Positions 38,004 through 51,245 of a DNA stretch of 64,000 nt are shown one piece after another. The notes under the pieces are model-generated. The model worked only from the letters and a program-made list of their open reading frames with translations. It was not told where the DNA came from and searched no databases. The stretch covers positions 49,600,001-49,664,000 of the forward strand of contig NC_042999.1 of the NCBI RefSeq assembly GCF_006345805.1, read 5' to 3'. The translations under genes were made by a program, and so were the position numbers. Source of the stretch: Octopus sinensis. Its lineage: Eukaryota. Position 1 is the stretch's first letter. The number at the start of each line of letters is the position of its first letter.

Positions 38004-38800
38004 TATTTCTTTATTTGCCTATAGGGGGGATACATAGAGGGTACAGAACAAGGACATTCACAACACAGGGCTGGGGTTACAAACATGATAAAAATTGATT
38101 AAAATCGGTTTGCTGAAATCGACGGTTTGAAATCGAAAAAGTGAAATACGAATGAAAATGTTCAAAAGTTAAATTATCATAATAATTCGGGTTTTAATTT
38201 CTCATTTTTCCTTTAATTTCATTGTAATTACCATATTTTTGTCTTTCTTTTTCGTTCTTCTTCGCCTTGACCGGCTTCACTAGCACAGCCCCATTCAATC
38301 TTAGCATTTTTACAGCAGTTATCCATCTTTTCTCGAATACTCTTTGAGACAGACATTTTTTCTCCAGACTGATCTTCCTTGTCAGGTGGTAGTTAAAATA
38401 ACTCACCATACTGCGTCCAGAGATAAAGTTGCCAGTCTCATCATATGCCGTCGCTCCTCTACCGTAACAAAGATCACGTGGGTCTCCCCTCATAGTCCCC
38501 AACCTCCGCGGCAGTAGCTCAAGAGCCAATATATACAGGAGCGGGGACAGGGGGCAGCCCTGGCGAACTGAACACTCGATCGCGAACGGCTTCGAGAAGA
38601 AACCATTCACCCGGACAACTCATTCGATGTCGCTATACATGGCATTGATCCAGATACGGAAAGTCGGGCCCAGTCCGACCGCTGCCAGAGGCCGATGGTC
38701 AACTTTATTGAATGCCTTTGACTGACCTAAATTCACCAGTGACCCCACCCTTGCCAGGAACTTTACTAAGTGCCGAAGACGAACAAAGTTACTGGCTGTG
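38004..38800 (-). mobile_element. Tx1/L1-type LINE remnant (RT fragment, ORF2 C-terminus, 3' tail)
   Basis: SKAFNKVDH..IWINAMYSDI..VRVNGFFSKPFAIECSVRQGCPLSPLLYILALE RT motifs; C-terminus KISLEKKCLSQRVFEKRW; tail ending AAATAAAGAAATA. Confidence 0.88.
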
Positions 38801-38944
38801 CGAGTCCACTATTTATTTGTAGTGGATCAGCCCACTTCTCGTCTGGGGGCGTCCACCACAACAGCATAAAAGGAAAATAAAACAGAATATCCCATCCAAT
38901 AATGAAGTATTTTCTTTATTAAAAATCAAGACAAAAATCCACTT

Positions 38945-39920
38945 GATTATAGCTGAAAGATAGCACTTAGCCGCCCCTAGCTTCCACCACGATTCTGGCA
39001 TATGCGTTCCTCACTGTGTCTCTGTGAAGATCTCTGAACACGGCCTTCGCTTTAGCCACCAATCTGGTCATGGTGTTGCAGGAAGAACGATTGGTATCTT
39101 TCTCTACATCATCCCACAAACATAGTGATCCAGGGGATTGCAATCGCGGTAATTAGAAGGCTAAAAAATTAGAGTTGGTGAAGTCCTAGAAATTCTCTGA
39201 CAACCACTTCTGACATTTTCCAGAGGAATGGTTTGGAGCAGAATCTTGCAGCCACACAATATGGCCGTTCAGCAGCAATCATCTCCAACCAAGATTTGCT
39301 CATAAGTCACCAGCAGCTTCACGTAGCCATCGAAATTGAACCTAAGGCCCTGAGCAAAACCGTGGGGCAGAATGTTACCCTCACTGAAGACACACCCGAA
39401 GACTATCACAGTTTTGGTGCAACTTGGTTTTCATAACGTACATGTCACATTTTACTGCTTTTATAGTGTACATAGGACGTTGAGCAGCAGTCATGGTGTC
39501 GACATTTTGATACCCAGTGCGAATCAACATGATACCGGTAATTCTTCTCCAATATATAGGCGGCGAGCTGGCAGAGCCGTTAGCACGCCGGGCGAAATAC
39601 TTAGTGGTATTTCGTCTGTCGTTACGTTCTGAGTTCAAATTCCGCCGAGGTCGACTTTGCCTTTCATCCTCTCGGGGTCGATAAATAATGTACCAGTTTC
39701 GAACTGGGGTCGATGTAATCGACTTAATACCTATGTCTGTCTTTGTTTGTCCCCTCTATGTTTAGCCCGTTGTGGGTAATAAAGAAATAGGTAATTCTTC
39801 TCCAATATTTAGATGGCTTCCAGTCCGCCATGCCAGCAATTTTTTTCTCAACTACGACTTTAGTCATTATGCTCTCCAGCGCTGTTGACTGTTCACCAAT
39901 GCATCAAGCTGAGCCATTTC
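38945..39920 (-). mobile_element. maT/DD37D-type (IS630-Tc1-mariner) transposase pseudogene
   Basis: Frameshifted V.VFGCV..EG, QDSAP.H, KWLSENF and CNPLDHYV motifs; homologous to 56110-56810. Confidence 0.8.
39556..39789 (+). mobile_element. SINE family A with a 19-bp target-site duplication
   Basis: GGTAATTCTTCTCCAATAT at 39537-39555 and 39790-39808. Confidence 0.95.
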
Positions 39921-40003
39921 TAAAAAACAAAAGACGTAAAAAAATCGTCAAATTTAGAACAAACACCATTATATGTACTCATATTAGTATACGGTGAGGC
40001 GCG

Positions 40004-40248
40004 TGGCTTAGTGATTAGGGTGTCAGCATCATGATCGTAAGATTATGGCTTCGATTCCTGGACCGGGCGACGCGTTGTGTTCTTGAGCAAAACACTTCAT
40101 TTCACGTTGCGCCAGTCCACTCAGCTGGCAAAAATGAGTAACGCTGCGATGGACTGGCGTCCCGTCCAGCTGGGGAACACATACGCCATTGAAACTGGGA
40201 AACCGGGGCTCATGAGCCTGGCTAGGCTTTAAAAGGGTGCATTTATTA
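40004..40248 (+). mobile_element. SINE family C (tail C3)
   Basis: GGCGCGTGGCTTAGTG head; tail AAAGGGTGCATTTATTATT. Confidence 0.85.
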
Positions 40249-40871
40249 TTATATTAGTATACAGATATTTATATATACGTATACACACACGTGTACACAC
40301 ACACTCATACACACGCACACCGTACATTTACACATATTCATACATATATATATATACATGCATAAATGTGTGCGTATGTATGTTAATATATACTCAACAT
40401 CACACATTGACATGTTTACATTTCGTTCAAGTGTTTGTATATTAGATGTGTGTGTGTGTGTGTGTGTATGTGTAAATGTTTACTTAAATATTTCAAACAA
40501 AACCCGGCTTAATTAATCTAACGAACACAATGAAGAGCTGGAAGTTTACAATGACGCCTCATCGATCTACCGTAAACAAACTTCTTTCTGACATTTCCAC
40601 TTCTACTTATTTGATATACCCTTTCCTCGTTTTTAATATTCCCCCACTTCACAATTCCACCATTGCCCTTCACCCAGTTCAACCGCGATCCGCGATCCTC
40701 TAGAATAAGACATTCCATTCCCACACCCATACAGCCTAATATCTATATTAATTAATCATCGCTAGCGGTTGACCCTATTTCCTAATAAACTCAAGAAGAA
40801 TTTTCGTACTTCATCAAATTGTTGTCTGTTGAGTCTGAAGGTTCTTTGAAAGACATACATATTTACATGAC

Positions 40872-41115
40872 CTCATGACTTGGTAGCATATACCTATTTC
40901 TTTACTACCCACAAACACAGAGGGGACAAACAAGGACATACAAACGGATCAAGTCGATTACATCGACCCCAGTGTGCAACTGGTACTTAATTTATCGACC
41001 CCGAAAGGATGAAAGGCAAAGTCGACCTCGGCGGAATTTGAACTCAGAACGTAACGACAGACGAAATACGGCTACTCATTTCGCCCGGCGTGCTAACGTT
41101 TCTGCCAGCTCGCCG
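40872..41115 (-). mobile_element. SINE family A
   Basis: Colinear with 39556-39789. Confidence 0.85.
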
Positions 41116-41139
41116 ATGTTTACCAGAGTGGTTCTTAAA

Positions 41140-41470
41140 TGCGTGGCTCAGTGGTTAGAGAGTCAAGTTCACAATAATGAGGTTGTGAGTTCGATACCTG
41201 GACCGGGCTGTGTAGTGTGTTCTCGAGCCAGACACTTTATTTCACGTTGTTCCAGTTCACTCAGCTGTAGAAATGAGTTGCGAAGTCACAGGTGCCAAGC
41301 TGCATCGGCTTTTAACTTTCTCCTGGATAACATTGGTGTTGTGGAGAGAGAAGGCTGGTATGTATGGGCGACTGCTGGTCCTCCATAAACAACCTTGCCC
41401 GGACACGTGTTACGGAGAACTTTCTAAGTGCAATCCCATGGTCATACATGACCGAAGGGGTTCTTTTTAC
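41140..41470 (+). mobile_element. SINE family C (tail C4)
   Basis: tRNA-like head and CACTCAGCTG core; tail homologous to 59085-59370 (-). Confidence 0.75.
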
Positions 41471-44251
41471 AGTAGCAAAGAAACACCAACATCCATCCGG
41501 CCCTTCCACTATCGTCCCTGCTGCACATCTAGGATGTGACAACTGAGGAAAGAGTTGGACAACACGAGTTCTAATACTTCTATTCAGCTCAATACAATTT
41601 ATCTACCGGTGTTTAGAAGCTTGTCCATATATACTATATCAAATGCGCATGTTTGTCACATAACCTCATTCGTATAAGCGGATTACGTTTGCAACAAGGA
41701 CTCGAAATTCTGTTATATAATTTTGTTACTATTTATTTTTTATTCATTTTCTTATTTATTTCATATAAACAAGTATAGATTTATTATGTAAGTGCCGTAC
41801 ATATACTGTGTAATACTTATCTCGAAACCACGTTGAACTGTATACGACCGGAGCGAACTTGAACGCTAGACCGTGCAATTTACAATTTATCATCTCTCAC
41901 TCACCGTGTTGATTTTAATTCCAAAGGTCAACCAGTACACCAACTTACTGAAGCGTATCTTCCTCTTCGTACACACACTTCTTTCATCACAATAACACAT
42001 ACTTTTGTTACATTTATCCTTTTTTCTCTTTCTATTTCTCTCTTACACAGAAGATTCTCTCGGTAAATTTTTCTACATTAAATAATGGATCAGTTAGACA
42101 TTAAATTCGAAAACCCAGACGTAATTTGTTAACTTTTACGATCATAAAAATAACAATCACTTTCGTATTGAACGCTCTTTCGTCAAATATATTTGTATTA
42201 CATAAGTGCGCCATGAACCATAGCAGTACAGTCTTAGTTCATCTAACTCGAAATATTCAATCATATCACTAAGTGTTAGTCGGTACAGTGAGATGATGTG
42301 AATTAAACAAACGACCATGAGTGACAAATAAGCCATATGAATTGAAGCTGGGGATGTATAAGAAGCTAAAGTTGTGAGTATGTGTTTTCTCAACTGAATA
42401 AATTCAGTAAAACCTGGATTCCAATGCCGTCCAAAATTATTAACTTCCTATTGACTAATTCTTGTCTTTTCTAGTATCTTCAAAAATATAATTATTTACC
42501 GCTTCATTCTAGGAATGTTTAAATTCAAACTTATATAAGAAATAATAATTTTAATTTTTAGTTAGAATCACCTCCATATTCCACACTCGAACCTTCTATG
42601 ATAGGATACATCAGCTAATTGGGAAATTTAATTGAATGTATGGTTATGAATTTCGTTCGCTACCAAGTGGTTTCAGGTTCAGTCTCACTGCGCAGTTTCT
42701 TGGACAAGTGTTTTCTGCAAAAGCCCGATCTGACCAATGCTCAATTAATAAATTTGGTAGCTGGAACCCGCGTGGAAGCTCCTTGTGTGCGTATATATCA
42801 CATGCAGAGATACGTGTGTGTGTGTGTATATATATTTGCATTTGTTCCCTCACAGCTTGACAACTAGCTTTCGTAATCTTATTTCTTCGTAGCTTCGAAG
42901 TTCTGCAAAAGAGTACGAAAGAATAATACTAGACTTTAAAACAGTAAGTACTGAGTTCAATATTTTATCTTTTTTTTTTTCGACTAACCCCTTCCGGACA
43001 GTATCCCTCCTGTCCGTAGTTCAGTGACTGAAACAGTAAAGAGTAAAAGTTGTTCTTGAAAGCACGAAGCATAATTTTTCGATCACACTTATATAAAGCT
43101 TATCGTTGTTCGATTTTGATTCATATTGCCTTGGGTATATTTTTTCGCAGTGTTAAGAGGATGAAAGTGTTTTCGCTGGACATGTTGATGGACTAACGCC
43201 TGTAAATGTAAATTTCCGACAGTAATTGAAATCCTGCACCAAAGTAGTCTAAAGTTGTATCACAATTTAATAAGTATTTAATAATCACAAATATATTGTA
43301 TTGTTTGTTATCGCTGTTCTTCTTAAGGCCCTGAATTAGCAAATTCAGTAGACCTATGTTCAAAGTTTTTGTTTTTCTTTTCGTTTTGTTCATGACCATA
43401 ATGTAACCTTTTTATAAGTCCGAGCTGTGTTATTTGAAGAATATTTAGCTGCTATTTCTATTCACTTGAGAAACCACCTAAAGATCCTCTCGTTGGTTTC
43501 ATCAGTTTATTTCTTTGTAGAACGGAACCATAAGCGCATCTTTTACCGCAGTAAACGCCTTCCAGCCTACTCTTATTCCCCGCGAATGTTTGACGTCCAT
43601 GTCTCGGCGCATATTTATTGTATGTCCCAAACAAACGTATACTTTTACCGCTTCGATTTATTCCTTTATTCGGCCATGTGCTATGTGTGACGCATTAGCA
43701 GTGTTTCTTTGCTATAATGAACTATGGAACATATTTATCGGAACTAAGTTAGCAAGCACTCTAATACAATGACTATAAGCGTATTCGTTTGAACGATGTG
43801 TATGTAAATATAAAAAGGGGGAAAGCACTCAGGGTTTCTCTTTCTAATACGGTTTGAACTTTCTTAGCATCTGTTCCATTTTCCTATCCATTATCCTGCC
43901 AGATTACTTAAAATTTCTTTAACCACTCTCGTATATTAGCACTTACAAGGCTCAATAATCGATGTATGCGACGACGGCTCACTTAAGACTCCAACAGATA
44001 TTAGGGACCTCACTACCACCAAAACAACAGTAATCATTTCAATTTTTGGCACAAGGCCAGCAATTTTATGTGGAGGAGTAAGTCGATACCATCGACCCTA
44101 GTACTTGCCTGGTACTTTATTTATTAACCCACGAAAGGATAAAGCTAACTACTGTGGAATTTAAACCCAGAACGTAAAGAACCGGAAGGAATTCGCTTAG
44201 CACTTTACCTAACGCGCAAACGATTCTGCCATCTCGCACTAATAACTTGAA

Positions 44252-44484
44252 AGGAAAAGATAGTTGCTGGGCCTTATAGGTTGCCGGGTTCGATCCTTTT
44301 GAACTTTTATTCGTTTCTTTGTTTGTTTTTTTTTTAGAAAAAAAGTTCTAGTTAAAGGTAAAAATTAATCGTTACACAAAATACTTTTTGAGTAAATTTT
44401 TAACATAATGATCATTCGAACTCATTTAACATTTTTGTAATGTCCTTTTCTAAGTACGATCAGTTTGATCATAATAAAGATTTT
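44252..44484 (+). mobile_element. Candidate rare tRNA-headed retro-insertion
   Basis: Flanked by the 21-bp direct repeat ATCTCGCACTAATAACTTGAA; GGTTCGATCC B-box-like motif near the 5' end. Confidence 0.5.
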
Positions 44485-45324
44485 ATCTCGCACTAATAAC
44501 TTGAATCAGTATAGAAGCCTCACTGTAGTCACTCGGTTGCACCTCATATAATACAGTCCTGCACATCTCTAAAAGACTAGATGGTTACGGCTGAACCACT
44601 ATTGATAGTAGGTATGCTAAATTTCAACTTGAATTAATGTCTAAACAAACAACGACAAAAGAAGCAATAATACTTCAATGATACTTTTGTAGTGCATTGA
44701 TGACATAAGTGAGATACAATAATTTCAAACAGAAATACTATCCAACTAAAATTTGTGTGATATCGACATACATAAAGCAGTAAACACTGAAAAATCTTTA
44801 AAGAAAGTAGAATAACAAATGCAGAAGAATAAAGAAATATTTGACGATGACAAGTAAAGATCAACGCTTGACATATTTGTAATCTTTTGAGCTACCTCAA
44901 CGAATGTAGAGCTCGTCGAAATTTGTTTGTCTGGAAACTATCGGTGCACGTTGTCCGCAGTAATACTTTCGTTTAGTTGGTCAAGTGCAAGGTCACTTTT
45001 ATTTTTCAGAGAAATAAATTAATTAAATCAATAATGCTTAGTATATATGATAGAGCAATGCAGAATCAAGCTTACTGTGTTTTGATCTCATAAGATTGGG
45101 CCATACAGGGCAGTTGACCGGAGACCATATGGGTCTAAAGGCTCAATTTTGATTTATGTATGCTGAGGCTTGCCGTCCATATAAGGCCCAGTACATTGAT
45201 TTACGTTGTAGCCTATAATATTGTTAAACGGCCATGCTTAAGGGGGAGGTTTAACTGATATAATGTTAAATAAGTCCTGTCACCTTCATGTGACTGCCAC
45301 TAATACAACAATGGTAAGTAGAAC

Positions 45325-46033
45325 TTGATTTTTTTCTATTAACCACAAGGGGTTATGCACAGAATGGGACAATACAAAACATTGGGGACACAAAACACCA
45401 CCAAAAAAATAACCATAAGCGTATGATAAAGATGAAAAGGGGTGAAATCAGTAATGAAAGTGATGTTAACCGCCCCATCGGTCAACATTACTTACTTGTC
45501 CTCTTACCTAATCGAACTAAACTCTACATAGTCCTCTAATATTACCCCGTAACGTCTCTCAAGTTCCTTTTTCTTTTTCCTGTCTAATCTCCCATACGTC
45601 AATATGTGATCGTTCTTAAGTTCATCTTGAAGTTCATCCATTTGGCATTTAGATAGTGCCACCTCCATATCCTCACCCCACTTCTCTGGCAATTCAGCCT
45701 TTCCCCAGTCTTTCATTATCTTTATATATAAAAGAGAGGTTGTGTGCTGTCTGTCTCCTACGATTTAGATTCCTAACTACTCCCACATTTTGCGGTGTAG
45801 TTTAACCAAAACCGGGTATCTTATAGTCGTGATTTATATCGAGCCCTTCTGGGTATTAGCGCGCGTCTACGATGAGTCTACGATTAAAAAAAAAATTACC
45901 ATCAATTTTTCCCATTTTTAATGCATTTTTGACATATATAAGGGAAGTAACTCTCTAAAAGTTTATTATTAAATCTCAGAACGTAAAAAGCTACATGGTG
46001 ATGCTATGATGGGTTGAGGTTCAATATCACGTG
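45325..46033 (-). mobile_element. 5'-truncated LINE (L1/Tx1-like tail) with a 19-bp TSD, interrupted by a Helitron-like insert
   Basis: CAACAATGGTAAGTAGAAC at 45306-45324 and 46034-46052; 70-aa ORF remnant at 45504-45716; tail resembles the SINE A tail. Confidence 0.65.
45719..45995 (+). mobile_element. Non-autonomous Helitron-like 5' fragment
   Basis: Starts TC-TTTATATATAAAAGAGAGGTTGTGTG..GTCTGTC after an A, a typical Helitron-N 5' end; no 3' CTRR end seen. Confidence 0.5.
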
Positions 46034-48128
46034 CAACAATGGTAAGTAGAACGAGAGTAAGAAAGTAACCGTGATAATAATAAGCTCTAATTCAATTTGA
46101 AACACTTTCTTGAATGGGGATAATATATCCGAATTATAATATGAAAAATATTACCTGATCAGCTAAGATTCTTCCTTTTTTTTAATGTTGCTTTATTGAT
46201 TAAACAATTATTTTATATTTAAACACCTTCGCATCTTTCATTTTGCCGCCTGTAATATACGTACACACGCATGTATACACGCACTAAGTGTTCTTTTATA
46301 TATATGTATGTGTGTGTACACATGTATATACATGGTCTTTTGTATGAGTGTGTGTTATGTATGTATACCTATACATATGCCCACACACACACACACACGT
46401 ATTATATATGTATATACATGTGTGTGTATGTGTGTGCGATCGCACGTGTACCTTTAAAGATTTTTCTCTGTCATCCTTAGAACGTAATAAATACATTTAA
46501 AATTCTTTAATGGGTGCAAACAAGAAGAGATGAAACATCTTTTACCTTCAAAATCTTGATGAAATCAGTTTCAGAGAAAAACCAAGTTTAGCGAAAAATA
46601 AGAAACCTACTCGATCGTTAGCAACATCGAGACTAATTGCAGCCTTGTATTCTCTAAAACAGATCACAATAAATCTTTGAAAATAGAAAAGGAAAGAAAA
46701 ACATTTTCTCTAAATGGCGCATTTTAACACACCTTATATATACCGAGAATATATCATTTGTGCGTATAGTTTGTTTTTGTTTGTTTTGTCTTTTTTTGTT
46801 CTTGTCTGTGATTATGATCGTTGTGGTGGTGGTTTTTGTTTCATTTTCAAGTTTCTTTTATTATTACTTTCATCTATAAAGTAGTTGATGAGGTTTTCAA
46901 TAGCTTTCGTCTTTACTTATATATGTGTGACGTGTTGGTCTTAGCACAACTGAAGTATAATATATTCGTAATCTGGTACAACTTTTCTTGTTATGATAGT
47001 CATACTGTGTGTCAGGCTAGCTATACTGTCTTTATGTTGTGATTTGGTGTGTCTGGAATATAGCAATAACCAAAAATCTTTCCACTTCTTTTAGCTGATA
47101 ATACAGAAAGCGAGAATGGTTGAGGGGAATGACTCATTTGATAAGATAGAATGTAATCAATATATGTGCAAAGAATGAACACATGTAGTCGGATCTGGTG
47201 AGAGAAAATCATGGCAAGAGACACAGAAAACTGACGTTATTCAGTTACTGTGTTACTACAAAAGAAAATATCCAGTTTTTAATCGACTCATTAAAAGATA
47301 AGAAAAAGTTAATATAAAAGATATACGCATATCAATGTCTTATGAGTGAATTTGGTAGAAGGAAACTGTATGGAAACCCGTCATGTGTGTGTGAAGAGAG
47401 GACAAACAAGGACAGACAAACGGATTAAGTCGATTATATCGACCCCAGTGCGTAACTGGTACTTAATTTATCGACCCTCACTTGAATTTATTGAACCTCA
47501 CTCTAAGTCTTCCATCGTTTCTTTACCCCTTGCATATTCGAGAGTAAAGGATTTGTCATGGCAGTCTATTGTGAAAAACATAGGTGACACGGTCACCCGG
47601 CAAGCGATGTATGTGTAGTTTGTATTCCATCAGAGGTTTCATAGTTCACTTCAGTCTCAGTCACATTCACTTTCACCATTCTGGTAGCCTCGTCATACAT
47701 AAGAATTACAGTTTAACTTACAAGTGGGTAACTAACTTTGTGTATTGAGGAGTTTGACAAATATCGAAAATTCTCGGTTGAATAACCGGTGTAAATTTTC
47801 ATTCTTGTGACGTGATGCAAACAGAAAATCAGTACTTTATATACATACTTATACACACTCACACCGACAGTTAAAACATTCCTGTCACAACCTGGGACCT
47901 TGAAGACTGCTTAAATGCAAGAAAGTATACTAATCCCTTAATATTTGATATTCAATATTTCATCTATTCAATAAAACATCAATACTTCATTTCATTTTAC
48001 TATATATACTATTTATACCATATATTCTACATTAATATTATAAAGAATACAAATAAAACATAAAAACAGAGTTGGAATTCCTTTGAATAATATATATTCC
48101 TCTATACACAATCATACAAGCCCCTTTT

Positions 48129-48189
<61 letters not shown>

Positions 48190-48871
48190 AACAGGCTTCT
48201 TTCAGTTTCTGTCTACTAAATCCACTTAAAGGCTTTGGTCAACCCGGCACGGTAGTAGAAGACACTTCTCCAAGTTGCTATGTAGTTGTGAAGCAAGCTT
48301 CTTGCCATGCTTCCACCAGTAATACTATATATTTTTTAATTCAAAAATAGACAGGCAAATGAAAGTGAATTATTTCTTTTCATAAGAAAAGTAGACAGGT
48401 AGAGAAGAAAATTATCAACAAGCGGGATCGAAACTGATTTGTGTGCATTTGGTTTAGCGGAAGTTTATCAATATTCGATGTCTCTCGCTTCAAAATTCTA
48501 TTTTGATGTCTAACATAAAATACAAGGCTTTTCGTATTTAAGAAAGTGGAAATTATTTATGGTGTTCATCATACTACTGTTAACTCTCATAGCAACACTC
48601 GTAGTATAAATCAACTAGAACCGACAAGAGAAACAAGAAAAGCTGTCTTCCAAAGGGTTATGTGTCTACACTATGCTTATAGTTTCAAGACGTTATATTA
48701 ACAGCTTTATTTATATTAGACAGCTCAGACTGGTTATTCTGTTCTAAGAATTTCTTATTCATATTTTAAGGATGTTCAATAGTTGACGAGAATCACAGAA
48801 ACTGAAGAAAGCTCTTCGGCAATGTCACTGGACCTGCTAGAAATAGCTGTCAACTTTTCTTCAAATCACAC

Positions 48872-49076
48872 TCTTTTACTTGTTTCAGTCATTTGACTGT
48901 GGCCATGCTGCAGCACCGCTTTTCGTTGAGCAAATCGACCCCAGGACTTATTCTTTGTAAGCCTAGTACTTATTCTATCAGTCTCTTTTGCCGAACCGCT
49001 AAGTTACGGAGACACACCAGCATCTGTTGTCAAGCGATGCTGGGAAGACAAACACAAAACATATACACATACAAAC

Positions 49077-49115
<39 letters not shown>

Positions 49116-49268
49116 GACGGGCTTCTTTCAGTTTCCGTCTACCAAATCCACTCACAAGGCTTTGGTCGGCCCGAGGCTATAGTAGCCACCTGCCCAAGGT
49201 GCCACGCAGTGTGACTGAACCCGGAACCATGTGGTTGGTAAGTAAGTTACCTACCACACAGCCACTCG
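48872..49268 (-). mobile_element. SINE family B
   Basis: Colinear with other family B copies. Confidence 0.88.
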
Positions 49269-49694
49269 TACGCCTATAAGCTTGATAAGAGGCAAGACTT
49301 TTGACATGTCAGTTGGACTGGAAACTATGGTTAAGTTGGGCTTAGTGATTAGGATGTCGGACTCATGCTAATAAAACTGCGGTTTCGATTCCTGGACTGG
49401 GCGCTGCGTTGTATTCTTGAGCAAAACACTTCCTTTCACGTTGCTCCAGTCCACTCAGCTGGTAAAAATTAGTAACATTGTGAGAAACCGGTGTCTTGTC
49501 CAATGAGGAATATATACACCAGAAACTGGGAAACCGGCCCTATGGACTATATGACTCGGGAAAAAACTTTATTCTAAACCATTTTTTTAGATAAACAATA
49601 ACAACAACAAACACTAGCAACGGCACCAAATACTGTAACAACAACAGCAGCGATAATAATAGCAATAGCTGCAGTAACAAGTGCAACAACAAGA

Positions 49695-50112
49695 TACTAT
49701 TTCTTTACTACCCACGAGAAGCTAAATACAGAGGAGACAAACAAGGACAGACAAACGGATTAAGTCGATTACATCGACACCAGTGCGTAACTGGTACTTA
49801 ATTTATCGACCCCAAAAGGATGAAAGGCGAAGTCGACCTCGGCGGAATTTGAACTCAGAACGTAACGGTAGACGAAATACCTATTTCTTTACTACCCACA
49901 AGGGGCTAAACACAGAGAGGACAAACAAGGACAGACAAACGGATTAAGTCGATTATATCGAACCCAGTGCGCAACTGATACTTATTTAATCGACCTGAAA
50001 GGATGAAAGGCAAAGTCGACCTCGGCGGAATTTGAACTCAGAACATAACGGCAGCCGAAATACCGCTAAGCATTCCGACCGGCGTGCTAACGATTCTTCC
50101 AGCTCGCCGCCT
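49695..50112 (-). mobile_element. SINE family A, dimer-like
   Basis: Two bodies joined by the same AAAGAAATA|GGTATTTCGTC junction (~49880). Confidence 0.85.
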
Positions 50113-50246
50113 TCAACTGAAATAGATACAAGTGAATATTCACAGCTTAATCTATATGTAACCAATATCTCTCCTTCTCTCTCTCTCTCTCTCTCTTACA
50201 TATAGGTATGTCTGTGTGCTTACTTGTAATATATATGTGTGTGTAT

Positions 50247-50728
50247 ATATTTGCATGAATGTATGCATTAAATTAAATTAGGCATTGCAAACAAACGAAA
50301 TTCGTAATTTTAAATTGATATTGTGAAACTTGTCGCGTTGCACCACTTTACACTTGACTTAGCTGGCAAGGTTTAGAAGTTTATATCACATGTTCGATCC
50401 CATTGCACGGAAATTAAGCGTCGATTTGACCAAAACCTTGTGAGGGTTTGTAAATTAAGCTGAAAGAAACCGTATGGAAAGTCGTTGTAGGATATTTGCA
50501 TGAATGTATGCATTAAATAAATTAGGCATTGCAAACAAATGAAATTCGTAATTTTAATTGATATTGTGAAACTTGTCGCGTTGCACCACTTTACACTTGA
50601 CTTAGCTGCAAGGTTTAGAAGTTTATATCACATGTTCGATCCCATTGCACGGAAATTAAGCGTCGATTTGACCAAAACCTTGTGAGTTAAATTAAGCTGA
50701 AAGAAACCGTATGGAAAGTCGTTGTAGG
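50247..50728. repeat. Near-identical ~240-bp tandem duplication
   Basis: 50247-50491 versus 50492-50728; differences are mostly small indels. Confidence 0.9.
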
Positions 50729-50769
50729 GACCGACCTCCTTGTTCTTTGGTGTAGACGTAATCCGTTGC

Positions 50770-51245
50770 CCAGTTTAACACCATCACCTAGCCCGTCAGT
50801 ATATTTAACGGTGTTCATCCTGTTACAAGCATTAGAGCACAGGTTTGGTAGCCTTAGGAAAAGGGGGACCAGATTGAAAGGACTGAAGGCCGACACCGTC
50901 TTTGGCACTGTCTTCACCAGTCCGTCGTCTAATTTAACACCTTGCCCTTGCCTACATTTAGCTGTATCCATTCTATTACAAGCATTGGGGGTGGCAGGTC
51001 TGATAACCTCAGGGAAAGAGGTTGTAGTATAGACTAGACTGAAAGGGCTGGAGACCGATGCCATGTTTTCCATGCCTCCATCAATCTGTTATCCAGTTTA
51101 ACACCATTACCTTACTCTTGAGTACATTTAGCGGTGTCCATTCTGTTACAAGGTCTGATGGCCTCAGAAAAGAGGTTGTGAGGTGGACCAGATTGAAAGG
51201 ACTGAAGGACGACACGTTCATCCCTGGTCGTCATGCCTCCAACTT
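50770..51245. repeat. Three diverged ~160-bp tandem units
   Basis: (C/T)(A/C)(A/G)TTTAACACC...TTACAAG...GA(T/C)TGAAAGG(A/G)CTG recurs at ~50770, ~50929 and ~51093. Confidence 0.8.
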
